Position numbers and translations under genes: made by a program. DNA of 61,029 bases, the filler included, from Dugesia japonica (lineage: Eukaryota), in the NCBI GenBank assembly GCA_001938525.1. It is 6 parts of 6 records of this genome, joined end to end, with 100 filler letters (N's around TTAATTAATTAA, not from the genome) between each part and the next. Parts side by side here need not be neighbours in the genome. Positions count along the whole stretch, not along the records: positions 8,771 to 17,485 come from MQRL01301225.1; positions 17,586 to 27,945 come from MQRL01608613.1; 4 more parts are not named here. One strand, given 5' to 3'. Positions 13,230 to 24,990 of this stretch are shown here, piece after piece; position 1 is the stretch's first letter, and each line of letters opens with the position of its first letter. The notes below the pieces were generated by a model, which had not been told where the DNA came from, ran no database searches, and worked only from the letters and a program-made list of their open reading frames with translations.

Positions 13230-13440
13230 TTCTTAAATAAAAAATTTATTAATAGCGTCACAAATATTATTACTAAAATTAATATTAAAAAATAAATAAT
13301 ATTTTTTTGTCGTTCAACTTTTTTATTTAATTTTCTTGTGTTATTTATTAAACTTGTTAACTCATTAGTTTTTATTTCCACAGTCATTTATTAAAGTTAT
13401 TGTTTAGATTTCGCTCTCGTTCTACGTAATGCATCTAATA

Positions 13441-13743
13441 CTATTTTGTTTTTATTTTCATCTTGTTCACTTTTTTTATTGCAATTAATTTCATAACTTT
13501 TTCTTTATCATATTCTGTCATACTGCTTATCTCTTCTTCTAATACATTATTTCTTATTTGTAAATCATAAATTGTATCTCCAGCTAAAACTATTGATTCT
13601 GGAAGTAATTTATATTGCGGATAAATAGTTTTTAATAAAACATCTTTTTCTTTTGCTGAAGAATGTACTTCCATTATATAGTCTTCTTTTAATTTACCTC
13701 TAAACTCTGAATCTTGTTTTATTTCATCCATTAAGCACTCCAT
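13441..13743 (-). CDS. Polinton-associated hypothetical protein (100 aa)
   Basis: Intact ATG-stop ORF co-oriented between the HTH ORF and the MCP. Confidence 0.55.
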   Translation of the reverse strand: MECLMDEIKQDSEFRGKLKEDYIMEVHSSAKEKDVLLKTIYPQYKLLPESIVLAGDTIYDLQIRNNVLEEEISSMTEYDKEKVMKLIAIKKVNKMKIKTK

Positions 13744-13768
13744 TTTATAAAGAATTATTATAACATTT

Positions 13769-14269
13769 TTAATGATTTTTCAATATCATCTTCATATTCA
13801 TTTTCTTTTTTCCACCAACACTTGCATTATTTATCCTTTTTCGTTTTAGAGCGGCATTTCCTTTTTCACTATTCATTTCATTTCTTTTTTCTGTTAATGT
13901 TATTTTTGTTTTATCTTGTGGAATTAATTCAAAGTCTTTTGTTGTAACATTAAAAAAATAATTTCCATATTGATCATTTATAAATGTACTTGTTTTTTCA
14001 TTATAATAATATTTTAGTCCATGATATTTTTTTCTTTCTGGTTTTAAATTTAATTCTCTTAATGATTTATTTAAAGCGACGGTAGTTATACCAAGTTCTT
14101 GAGCTATGGTGTGATCTTTCATATTTGGATTTTTCATTTTAATTTCTTTATAATTTGAAACTAAACAAATCTTTTCTGATTTAATAAATAAATTAGAATC
14201 AAAACTATTTGCACATTTCATACTTTTTTCAACCTTTTCACATGTGGACTTTTCATATTCTAATGCCAT
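13769..14269 (-). CDS. Polinton-associated helix-turn-helix protein (166 aa)
   Basis: Intact ORF; KNPNMKDHTIAQELGITTVALNKSLRELNL resembles an HTH; first gene inside the putative terminus. Confidence 0.6.
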   Translation of the reverse strand: MALEYEKSTCEKVEKSMKCANSFDSNLFIKSEKICLVSNYKEIKMKNPNMKDHTIAQELGITTVALNKSLRELNLKPERKKYHGLKYYYNEKTSTFINDQYGNYFFNVTTKDFELIPQDKTKITLTEKRNEMNSEKGNAALKRKRINNASVGGKKKMNMKMILKNH

Positions 14270-14436
14270 TTGCTACTTTTCTATAGCAAAACTTAAGCAA
14301 CTTGTGAGCATCTTTTTTCACCTTAACCGCACTATTTTATCCTCTTAAATATTTCCTCTTAAATGTCTCACGCCATTTTTCGCGCTAAACGAATTCAAGG
14401 AAAATGGCCAATTTTCCTCTTTCTAGATTTTACACT

Positions 14437-14733
14437 TGTTGTGTTCCTTCGGACATTTTACACTCGATGTATTCCTTCGGATATTTTACACTCGACATTT
14501 TTCATAAAATATATTTTACTCAACATTCTACACTCGACATTTTTACACTCGACATTTTACACTTGACCTTTTTTACTCGAAATTTTACACTCGACATTTT
14601 TCATAAAACATATTTCACTCGACATTTTACACTCGACATTCAACATTTTTACACTCGACATTTTACACTCGACATTTTTACATTCGACATTGTACACTCG
14701 ACATTTTTACACTCGACATGTTACACTCGACAT
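14437..14733. repeat. Subterminal tandem array of 15-16-bp TTTTACACTCGACAT units
   Basis: More than 12 near-identical units; lies between the HTH ORF and the putative element end. Confidence 0.92.
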
Positions 14734-14785
14734 TTGAGGGTAAGGGTACCCCCTTGGCTTATAAAAGTATATATATATCATTACT
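14734..14785 (-). mobile_element. Putative Polinton terminus (minus strand begins AGTAATGATATATATATACTT)
   Basis: AG-start with short repeats as in Polinton ends; similar motif AAGTATATATATTTATTACT at 32365-32384. Confidence 0.45.
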
Positions 14786-14816
<31 letters not shown>

Positions 14817-14979
14817 ATGTAAGAGGGTTCATATGAATCTGTTCCCTAGTTTTACAATCTTTTATTTTTTTGTAATTAATATCTCATTATCTTTCATTTT
14901 AAACACTATGGCACTAATAATAATAAATAAATATATAATATAAATAACGCCTATTAAAATAAAACTTTATTGTTATATA

Positions 14980-15015
14980 TTTTCACTTATCAACATTCGT
15001 CATCATCAGAGAAAG
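14980..15015 (-). ncRNA. Degenerate hammerhead-like motif downstream of a Penelope ORF end
   Basis: Minus: CUGAUGA-U-GAC-GAAU-GUU-GAUA (GAAA mutated). Confidence 0.45.
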
Positions 15016-15039
15016 ATGAAACCAATTCGTTTATTCTAT

Positions 15040-15635
15040 TATTTAAACAAAGATTAATGTGATTATACTGAATAAAAGGCAACTATAATTCTTAATTTTT
15101 AAAAATTCTTAATTTTTAAAATAATATAAACAACTTTTCAATAAAAAAAATGAATTTCTAAAATAACATTTTATAAATGTGACTATTACCCAGAAAATCA
15201 AAGTTGATTTTTCAAAAATATTTAAAATTATTTTATTTTTTAAATTGAAAATAAATAGATTTCAAAAATTGAAAAATTATTTTATATCTAAAAATTTTTA
15301 AATGTTTTAATCAATTTAGTCGTGAGAGCTGCATGTACATTAATGCTTGGATTATGAAATCTAATAATTAACGCCTCATACAACACTCTCTCACAGTAAT
15401 TTTTAAATTCTTTGGACAAAATTTTAAAATTTGAAATTTCAACATTCGTATTTATTTTCATTTTTATGCTCAGCAATAATACTACCAATACCAAAACGAT
15501 TATGCTTTTTAACCCTAGTACAGAGATGACGGACTATCTCTCCAAATTATGTGGCATCACACCCATTATATTTATATTGATAAATTTATATTGATTGATT
15601 GGTGGATAAGATTTATTAACAAAGCTGTTAGGTAA
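15040..15635 (-). mobile_element. Penelope-like element 3' remnant (GIY-YIG endonuclease)
   Basis: FKILSKEFKNYCERVLYEALIIRFHNPSINV C-terminal motif; homologous to 17587-18220. Confidence 0.8.
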
Positions 15636-15689
15636 ACCTTCAATTATTAATTCATTTTGCAAATCAGAATTCATATTGTTAGACATTTT

Positions 15690-16345
15690 TATTTTACTAC
15701 TACAAACTATACTTAATAAAAGAAATGACTATTGAATAGTATTTTAAAAATCTTTATCCAGAATTATCTCAATTTCTATTGGCTCAAATTAATGAATAAT
15801 AATTATTTCCTCATATCCCCCTTTCTTAAGAAACTTTTTAAGTTTTCCACATTTCTTTGTAATTGCTGTTCATTTTCTCCTTGTACCACCTTTCGTGAAT
15901 TTTCTCAATTATTTGATAGGGTCCTTCAAATCTGTCTTGGATTTTATTTCTTGTTTTAACCTTGATGAGTACCATATCACCCACTTTGAATTCTTTTTTA
16001 GCAATCACGTCTGAAGTGTTTTCTTTAGCTCTTTCTGAACCATCTGACTCATACAAATTTTCTCTGCTAATTTACTTTCCAAATAAAATCTTGGCCGGGT
16101 TCTTTCCTGTTTCTTCTGTTTGGTCGCGTTCATTGTAAATTCTATTTCCGGTAAAAGATCTGCCCAATCTGTTGACTTTCTTTCGTGAAGTGTTGCAGTA
16201 ATCAAATCTCTAATTCTCTTGAACTGTCTTTCAATTTGTCCGTTTGCATTATGATGAAAGAGACTCGAAAAGCAAAATTTAATATCTAGCTTGTATGCAA
16301 ACTCTCTCATAACTCTGGATTCAAACTCTTTTCCACAATGTAATA
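15690..16345 (-). mobile_element. Gypsy integrase 3' end + polypurine tract + LTR start
   Basis: HCGKEFES..FHHNANGQIERQFKRIRD..FKVGDMVLIK..RFEGPYQI; minus-strand AAGAAAGGGGGATA followed by TG at 15813. Confidence 0.88.
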
Positions 16346-17586
16346 TTAACAATCTTCTGCGATTTAGAAGCAATTTTCAAAAAAGGAAGATCCTTAGCAG
16401 CTTTCAAAATCGAATTCTTAAATTTTCTTTAAACTTCAGATTAAGTAATCGATAAAACAAATGGCCCAATGCAATTTGATAAAATGTTATTCAATACAGG
16501 ATTTTTCAATACAGTTTTAGTCTTTTATGATGACGGTTGATCCATCGAAATATTTATCAATAAAGTTTTATTTTAAATGGCGTAATTTATTTTGTATTAA
16601 ACATTTTCATAGTTTTTTTATATTTAAATAAATATAAAATAATTAATAGAGATAAGTTATAAAATGATGATAATAATTATGTGTAATCATAATTGATAAA
16701 AAATCTAACTTGACATTTTATAGAAGAGAAAAAATTTGCAAAGCTAATTTGAAATTTAATCGATTATTGGAGCTAACGCTATAATTAGTATATTTAAAAT
16801 CAAATTAACAAAACTATACTTCAATTAACAAATAATTGTAAAGTATGATCATGAATCTACTCTGATTAATTTAAGTTTTACATAATGTTGTCAGTGACTT
16901 TTAATTAATAAATCCTTCTCTCTTGAATTTATGTTTTTCATTAAACACATGTTGGGTATTTAACTCAACAAAATATATTTATGGTTCGTTCGTTTGTATG
17001 TAACTGATTTTATATTCAATCGATATATGTGAATACTGTGCTATATATATAAGATATATTATCGAAATTATAAATAACTAATAGTATGTAATGACCTTAT
17101 TTAATAAAAATAAAATAACACCTTTTAAAATTATTTTATTAGTGGCACTATAGGCAATAAGTTATAGAAGCTAAGACAAGCCAATTACAAAAATAGGTTA
17201 TCTTAGTTCAAAGAATGTCTAAAAAATTTACAATTATCATCAGTATTTATACTGATATTTAGAACACACACCTATCAATCATTCATACATCCATTATTAA
17301 AATAAATTATCATTCATTATTAAAACCAATTATTATTCATAAAAATATTTATAGAATTATTCTATAACAAATTATTTATTTATAAAATATTAATAACAAA
17401 ATATTATTCAGAAAATATTTATAGAATATTAATAATAAAGTATTACCAATTTTACAATTGACCTATTTATAATACAAACATTTGANNNNNNNNNNNNNNN
17501 NNNNNNNNNNNNNNNNNNNNNNNNNNNNNTTAATTAATTAANNNNNNNNNNNNNNNNNNNNNNNNNNNNNNNNNNNNNNNNNNNNT

Positions 17587-18220
17587 TAATAGCTTTGTTA
17601 ATAAATCCCATACACCAATTGGTTTGTGTTCTAACCTTGTTTATAAATTTAAATGTAATTGATGTGATACCACATACATTGGAGAGACTGCGCATCATCT
17701 CTGTACAAGGGTTCAAGAGCATAATCGTTTTGGTGGTGGTAGTAATATTGCTGAGCATATATATAAAAATAAAAGTAATTGCAATGCGAATGTTGAATTT
17801 TTCAAATTTTAAAATTTTGTCTAAGCAATTTAAGAATTACTGGGAGAGTGTTGCATTAGGCGTTAATGATTAGATTTCACAATCCAAGCATTAATGTACA
17901 GGCAGCTCATTCTACTAAATTAATTAAAAAATTTTTAAAAATCTTTTGGATATAAAGTAATTATTCAATTTTTGTTGAAATCTTAATTTATTTTCAAAAA
18001 TTTTTTTTTTAGGTATTGTATTTTATTTTTAAAGTAACTTTTAATATAATCTAAAATTTAAAAACAATTATATATTTTGAAATATCTTTGATTTTATAGG
18101 TAAAAGTAATAAAATATTATTATAAAAATTAATTTTTTATTGGAAAGTTGCTAAAAAATTTAAAAAATTAAGAATTATAGCCGTCTCATATTCAGTATAA
18201 TCGCATTAATCTTTGTTTGA
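17587..18220 (+). mobile_element. Penelope-like element 3' remnant (GIY-YIG endonuclease)
   Basis: SNLVYKFKCN*CDTTYIGETAHHLCTRVQEH..SNIAEH is the Penelope GIY-YIG pattern. Confidence 0.88.
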
Positions 18221-18469
18221 NNNNNNNNNNNNNNNNNNNNNNNNNNNNNNNNNNNNNNNNNNNNNNNNNNNNNNNNNNNNNNNNNNNNNNNNNNNNNNNN
18301 NNNNNNNNNNNNNNNNNNNNNNNNNNNNNNNNNNNNNNNNNNNNNNNNNNNNNNNNNNNNNNNNNNNNNNNNNNNNNNNNNNNNNNNNNNNNNNNNNNNN
18401 NNNNNNNNNNNNNNNNNNNNNNNNNNNNNNTTATTATTATTATTATTATTATTGAAAGGAATCTGTGAT

Positions 18470-19800
18470 TTATGTAGAATTTTTAAGTTTGAATGTGCAT
18501 TTGTTTTTTAGATAGTTGAAATGATGCAATTAAATATTTCAAAAATCTGTGTTTTAAATTTGTTTGTGTTGTTTTAGTATCGTGGATTTATTAAGTGTAG
18601 CGTGAAAAATAAACTTTTGAAAAATAAATATTCATAGAAACAAATTCATTTTGAACGAATTGATTTTTCAATTTTATGAATAAATTTTGGAACAATGTTC
18701 TGCGTGGTAAATACTGAACATATAACAGATAGGCTACTTTTGAAGATCAAGAGAATTATTTTGAAGCTAAATGTTTTACGCAGAGAAAATAGCAAGAACG
18801 ATTAATTTCGTGTAGTATTGATGATTTTCGTAAAGAATACACAAAAACAGTAAATAAAAGCATTTGATATTGTGAGGAATATGATAACTGATATGCAGAA
18901 TGGGTTCGAATATAGACGAAAGAAAGAAGACGTAGACATATTTTGAATGTGGATAAATTGTTTAGGAATAAAGAGTTTACTAAAGAAAAGGTGACGGCAA
19001 AGATGTTAGATTTCTGCACAAAATGCAGAAGATCTTAAAAATAAATAATTTTAAGAAAAGAAAATTATTAGATCAAAAAGAAAATCGTACGGAATCTATT
19101 ATTACAGTTCGAAGTTATACAAATGACAGGTAAGAAGATACAAAAAATAAATGATTATGTGAGATACGAATCTCCAAGGTTAGGTAAGAGTGGAAGATGT
19201 TAGAAATATTGGTGGTACAATCAATCAGATTATTGGAAACAAGATTATTCAAAGAAAAAGATGGTTGAATGATAAACAAATCAATAAAAGGGACACATAA
19301 TGAGGCCAATATTGGAATGTTTTGAATGTGGGTAATGAAATCACATAAGGTTTAAATAAAATAAATAGAAGATATTTTGAAGTTATGTTTATAAATATTT
19401 GTGATTCGTTAAAAGAAACAATAGATAGAAAAAAATTATCGTGAATTATTAGATTTTAAAATTTGGTTGCCCTATTAAAATACATTCAGATTGTGGTGGA
19501 ACATTTAAATCCAAAGCGATGAAAACTTTCGCTCATGAGTTAAAAATTGAATTATGTACTTGGAGTCCGTGTCATCACAAGACGAACGGGTAAATTGAGA
19601 GACAATTTTGTAAGATGCGAAATTGAATGAATGAATGAACGTTGCACGATAGAGTTAGTACAAATTAAGAATACTTTGTCAGGTGCAAAATGAATTTGTG
19701 AAGTTTGAATGCGTATTTATTATTTAGAAATTAGTTGAAATAATATAATTAAATATTTTAAAACTTGTGTTGTTTTAATATGGCTGAATTTTGAAGTGTG
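18470..19800 (+). mobile_element. Internally deleted Gypsy relic: gag zinc knuckle and integrase piece between diverged direct repeats
   Basis: LECFECG**NHIR near 19315; ILKFGCPIKIHSDCGGTFKS..SPCHHKTNG*IERQF at 19455-19620; direct repeats about 18476-18600 and 19692-19800. Confidence 0.75.
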
Positions 19801-20103
19801 CTATGATTTGATTTAGCAGAAAACAAGTGAATATATTGGAAGAATAAATAAATTTTGTGTAATATTTATTTTAGTAGTATATGTCGTATAATAGTAAATT
19901 CAACTTTTAATTATTGTAATCACCTTGCTTATAATATAATACATTTATTATTGTATGATTTATTAATTATAAATTTATTGGAGTATATAACATTTGAAAT
20001 TTTCATATGTACTGGCAAATTTTATTAGTATGTTACCAGTGACCTAGCTAGCAAAACTAGAGCCCATCACATCCCGAAAAGCATATAGTATTATAATATA
20101 TAG

Positions 20104-20258
20104 TACTGGTTCCCAAATGTTATTGTTCGTTGACCCCTTACCAAAAAACTATTAAATTTTTTTGGACACAAAATTTTGTCTTGGTGACCATTCAGCGCCC
20201 CTCTGTGAGTGGTGCTATGGCATGATATACCCATTCCTCCCCTCTCGCTACGCCACTG
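20104..20258. mobile_element. hAT-type MITE fragments
   Basis: TACTGGTTCCCAAA..GACCCC and terminal CGCTACGCCACTG (reverse complement CAGTGGCGTAGCG); GC-rich island. Confidence 0.4.
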
Positions 20259-20501
20259 CCTGTTATCTCAGTTATATCCATTGTAAAACAATAATTTAGC
20301 CAATAAAGGTAGCAATTGTTTATTATAATAAAGCAACCTTAAAAATCAACTAATATAGTAAAAGGCATTGATTAAAATTTATTTTTCTTATTTCAAACAG
20401 CTAACTTGAGAGTGATTTGCTCAAAAATTTGTTAATATTTATAATTGTATGTTTTCATTTAATTATAAAAAATTCTAAATAAATAAAAAATTCTAAATAA
20501 C

Positions 20502-20812
20502 CTGTCCACGAACTAAATGATTCAGCATAGGATTAGGGCGTGATGAGCCAATACCAAGCTGTGCTAGATTCACTAAATCGCAATGAGCATCAGGAAGCGA
20601 ACTTGTATCAGATCCTTCAATAGTACCATCATTACTGGCTCCATCGAAGCATGTATTACTAAAGCGATCTGAACCTAATCCAGAAGTAGGAACATTTAAT
20701 CGAGAAACTTGGTCATTTAACAATTTAGCATTAGAAGTTTGGGGAACTCTACAATATGCTGATATACTAACTTCTGACGCTAAATCATCATTCTCTAAAG
20801 ACTCTAGATTTT
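20502..20812 (-). CDS. Host gene exon (unknown low-complexity protein)
   Basis: TTTCAG acceptor at 20814-20813; open frame ENLESLENDDLASEVSISAYCRVP..; CAG|GTTATT donor or terminal stop at 20493. Confidence 0.65.
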
Positions 20813-20858
20813 CTGAAATTAACAACTGACTTTAATTACAAAAATAATTGCAAAATAC

Positions 20859-20990
20859 CATGGAGAATATTTGAAGACGTCATGGGAGGAGGAGTATAAT
20901 AATAAGTTTGGTTGCCAATATTGTTGTACTGCTGATACTGATTTGATGGCATAACAGGTATAAGAGTCTTACCATTATTAGGATCTGTTT
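20859..20990 (-). CDS. Host gene exon(s) YQQYNNIGNQTYYYTPPPMTSSNILH; 5' boundary unresolved
   Basis: A 46-nt GT-AG intron at 20813-20858 keeps frame with the next exon. Confidence 0.5.
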
Positions 20991-21229
20991 CTATATTAAA
21001 ATAATTATTACTAAATTATTCTTTAAAACAAATATACAAAGTTTAATCATTTGTCTCTAATGTGTTATTTTGTATTTCAGAAAATTCTAAGTATGTTGAG
21101 TATTGGCATTCAAAATGTATAAGAATGATTAAAGTGTTAAAAAAAAATAATGAATTCCACTTCCTATTTATGAAGTATTTTAAAAAACTGTAAATTTCTT
21201 AATGTTTTTCTTTTAAAATATTTCCAAAT

Positions 21230-21480
21230 TTAACAATTACAATTATTGCGAGAATAATTGTTGAACTTAACCATTGATCGTATTTGAGATTTCAATAAAT
21301 TAAAAGCTTCAATCAAAATGTTGGTTCGGATTGTTATTAATAATTTTTAATTTGTGACAATTGTCTTCTTTAGGCATTTAAATTCTTTAAAACAATTGTC
21401 GAAAATTCGCATTACTAATAACAAAACAAAAAAAACAAAAAACATTTTGATTGAAGCTTTTAATTTATTAAAATTTCAAA
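21230..21480. repeat. Penelope-type terminal repeat with fold-back and split hammerhead motif
   Basis: Family block ACAATTATTGCGAGAATAATTGTTG..TAACCATTGATCG..AGCTTC shared with 29310, 49980-50060 and 52995-53045; inverted arms around 21350-21413. Confidence 0.7.
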
Positions 21481-21509
21481 GTTTTTATACAAATTTTTGT
21501 TATAAGAAA

Positions 21510-22230
21510 TTAATTCGTTTTTAACAACAAAATAATTTTATTTAAAAATTTTTTAACAAGCAAAGATAAAGTTGCTTTTATTTTATTTTCAATATTTCGG
21601 CAGGAACTATTGTTCAGTAAATTCTTATTACAAATTTTGACATAAAGACGGATTTTAAATAAATCTGAGTAGACTGAATTTTCATTGGTTTTTAATTATA
21701 ATATAAAATTAAATAAACATTTTCCCGGTTAATTGTTGCAAATCAATATGATAAATCTTTTATAAAAAAAATTTTTAAAACTTAAATAAATTCGTTTTTA
21801 ACAATAAATTTTTTTAAATAAAAATTTTTTGTTAAAAATGAATTTGTTTATTGTCAAAACAATAATTTTTAAGGTTTAAAATATTTTAAAAATAAATTTA
21901 TCATATTGCTTTGCAGCAATTAACCAAGAAAATGTTCATTGAATTTTAAATTATAATTAAAAAAACAATGAAAATTGATTTTACTCAGATTTAACAAATA
22001 TTTTGAAAAACAAATTTAAATAAAATTTATTTTCAATGGCAAAGATCAAAACGATGAAACTCAGATTTATTTAAAATCCTTCTTTATGTCAAAATTTTTA
22101 TTAATAATTTACTGAACAATAGTTCCTGAAGAAGGCTATGTCGAAATATTGAAAATAAAAGAACAGCAACTTTGATCTTTGCTTGTTAAAAAATTTTTAA
22201 ATAAAAATTCTTTGTTAAAAACGAATTTAT
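21510..22230. repeat. ~720-bp imperfect fold-back (inverted repeat centred near 21810)
   Basis: e.g. AACAAGCAAAGAT/ATCTTTGCTTGTT, CAGGAACTATTGTTCAGTAAATT/AATTTACTGAACAATAGTTCCTG, TTTTGACATAAAGA/TCTTTATGTCAAAA. Confidence 0.9.
22122..22154 (+). ncRNA. Minimal type-I hammerhead ribozyme motif
   Basis: GUUC-CUGAAGA-A-GGC UAU GUC-GAAA-UAU-U-GAAA. Confidence 0.6.
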
Positions 22231-22751
22231 TTATTGAAAGATCAGTGGTTAAAAAATTAATTTTTAAGTTAAAAAAATTTTTAAAAATAGATTTATTATA
22301 AGAAATTAATTATATTTGTTAAAAAAAATCCAAGCTTTTAAATGTTTTTAATAATAGTTTTAAAATATACTTTTTTAAAATAAATATAATAACTTGTTTA
22401 AATTAATTATTAAAAGGAGAAAAATTGTAAAAAGCAATTTTGAATGTTAAAGTACAGATAAAGTCAGGAGAAATTGAAAGAAGAATTTTTTTTTGTATTT
22501 AATAAAGTTTTGATTTGAAACGTGTGAAATTATTGAAATGAAGAAAACTGCAATAAGACTATTAAAATTTCAATAATTCACGACAAAAGATAAATAACAA
22601 TGTTATTAAGTCATTTCATATTAAAATTCAATAATGCAATAAGTAATATATTACAATAATTTCTACAAAAACTATCTGGATAAACATTTCTATTAAGTTA
22701 AACAATAAAACATTTACATATACATAAACTTTAAATATTGATCAAATGTAC

Positions 22752-22952
22752 CTTTATATATTCCATTTTCCGGAAATGGCAATGAACTCATGAAGTTATT
22801 GATTCCTCCAGGAACGAAATAATTCGATTGAGGATTCATTAACATTTGTAAATGAGAATCTACTTCAGTCTCGCTATTTTGTTCGCTATGTTCTTCATTA
22901 GAAGGCAATCGACTAGTTGGCATTAAGTGGCAATCGTAGTGAACTGATAAAT
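22752..22952 (-). CDS. Host gene exon
   Basis: TATAG acceptor, AAAG|GTACAT donor; 201 nt, phase 1-1, in frame with the upstream exon. Confidence 0.7.
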
Positions 22953-23872
22953 CTATAAGTATATTAAATTTTATATATTTCACTCATTGTTTTTATTTAT
23001 TTAAATTTTTACAAAAAAGCCTGAGGATATAAAAGAAATTATAAAATGAGCAATGTAATTGATTGGCATCAATATCCAAAAAACATAATACATTCGAAAA
23101 TGAATTGTAGCAATCACTAGTTGATTAAATTCTATAAAAATACGACTGAAGTTCTACTACTAAAAAATTACTATTTCAAAATTTCGGTTTTTTATTCTTA
23201 CTTCATAATTTAATTGCCTTATATCTCCCATGTGGTTTACTTAGAATATTTTCATGATTTTTGAAAGAAACCTCATTATTACGTATAATTATTTTAACTG
23301 ATTTTCTTTTTTAAAAATAATTTGATGTTGAAAGAATTATGTAATGTTTGAAAATAATCATTAATACCAATTAAACAAATTGAAGTTCATCAAATGAGAT
23401 CAAATAATTGTTCAACTTATTGAAATAACAGTAATGTGAAACTTCACATCATAATCAATAGCAAAATTATTATGGATAAGTAAAAGATGTTTAAGTAAAT
23501 ATCATTAAACTGGTAATTAAATGTATTTAATGCTATCTAAAGCATTTGAGTGTAAAGATTTGAATTTGAAGATTTTACTGACGTTTTCAATAACTTTAAT
23601 AACACGATCTTTTCATAATTCAATAAACAATATTACAGTAGTTCCATAATTTTAGAATTAAGGCATACATTATGAAATAAGCATTTCATACAATCAAACT
23701 TGATTATAATATTCACACAGTTTCACTTTGATGCAATATTGAGATGATTACTATACGCGAATTTAATTACTTTTAAATATTTTGTTTAAGTGTTTCATTC
23801 ACAACGTCTTTGGAAAAGAATAATTTTCAATAAATAATTTATATTAATAAATATTCAATAATACTTGATTAC

Positions 23873-24455
23873 CTGGATTAAATCTGAGGTTATTTGAATG
23901 ATATTGATGATAACCATCATCAGTGCTACCTACAATATCATATGCTGACGAATTGCTGGTAATAAGAGTTTCTGGTGGTGATTTATTTGCATGGCACGAT
24001 CGAACTTTTATACATTCTTCGCAATCTTCTTCATCACATTCCTCCATATCTTCTTCTCCATTTGATAAAAGTTGCAGTTGAGAATTAGAATTGGAAGCCA
24101 CTGCACTATTTGAAGAAATCAATTGATTATCTAAATCTTCTGTTTGATTCGAAGCATTACAAAGAATTGTAGGTGGTGCGGGTAAAGGGTTATTTTGAGA
24201 CCTTCTATTTAAAGACTTTTGCTTGTGGTTGTGTTTCTTGTTACGAGGAGGAGTAACTAAGGAAGATAAGGCACTAGAACCACTACTCGATGAAGATGAT
24301 GATGGAGAACATGAAGATGAATTGCTTTCACATGACGATAAAGACGACTGACTCCCAGAACTTGGTGACGTTACAGAATTTGAATCATTATTACTTAATT
24401 TTTGTTCTTTACTTTTATGCTTTTTTGAATTGCAACTATGATGAGCTTTGTGATT
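23873..24455 (-). CDS. Host gene exon, Ser/His/Lys-rich with acidic EECDEEDCEEC segment
   Basis: T-rich AAG acceptor, CCAG|GTAATC donor; lies within the 225-codon ORF 23844-24521. Confidence 0.78.
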
Positions 24456-24990
24456 CTTAAAAAAATAAAAAATTGTAAATGAAAAATAAATTTTGAAACA
24501 AACAAAACTAACATACTTCAATATTTTTTTATAATTAAGTATAAAACTTTACAGTTTATAACAGTCAAATGTTCCATATATATCTTATATGTAATGGATA
24601 AAATAAGGATAAAAAGCGCAAAATTTTTTTAAACGTTCGATCAAAATAAACCTTACAAAATAAATTAAACAACAACATTAAATGTTAACTGTAAAGTATG
24701 ATGTATTTTCCCCATTAAAATAAAAAGACAAAATTGAATTTTAATTAAAGTCGCTTTATATCATAATCTTATTCTTAATCTTTATATCATAACATTTTAA
24801 ACTCTTCATATTTTATTAATAGATGCCATAACATGATTTTCAAATCAGTAAAAATATTCTAAAATACAGTAGATACTTTTACCTAGATATGTAAAATGAT
24901 CTTATAATAAACAATGTTTTCCAAATTGTTGTTGATTGATAAGTAATAAAATGACTATTTCGAACTTTGGCTAAGAATAATATTCTTTAA

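Noticed and set aside
14437-14733. CRISPR-like array
   Set aside because: Units are head-to-tail with no unique spacers; no cas genes; eukaryotic context
14404-14943. 179-aa ORF (also 9883-10155, 9933-10127, 31316-31633)
   Set aside because: Open frames are by-products of tandem arrays lacking stop codons
23844-24521. Single-exon 225-aa gene
   Set aside because: Both ends are intron-like with good splice sites at 24456 and 23872
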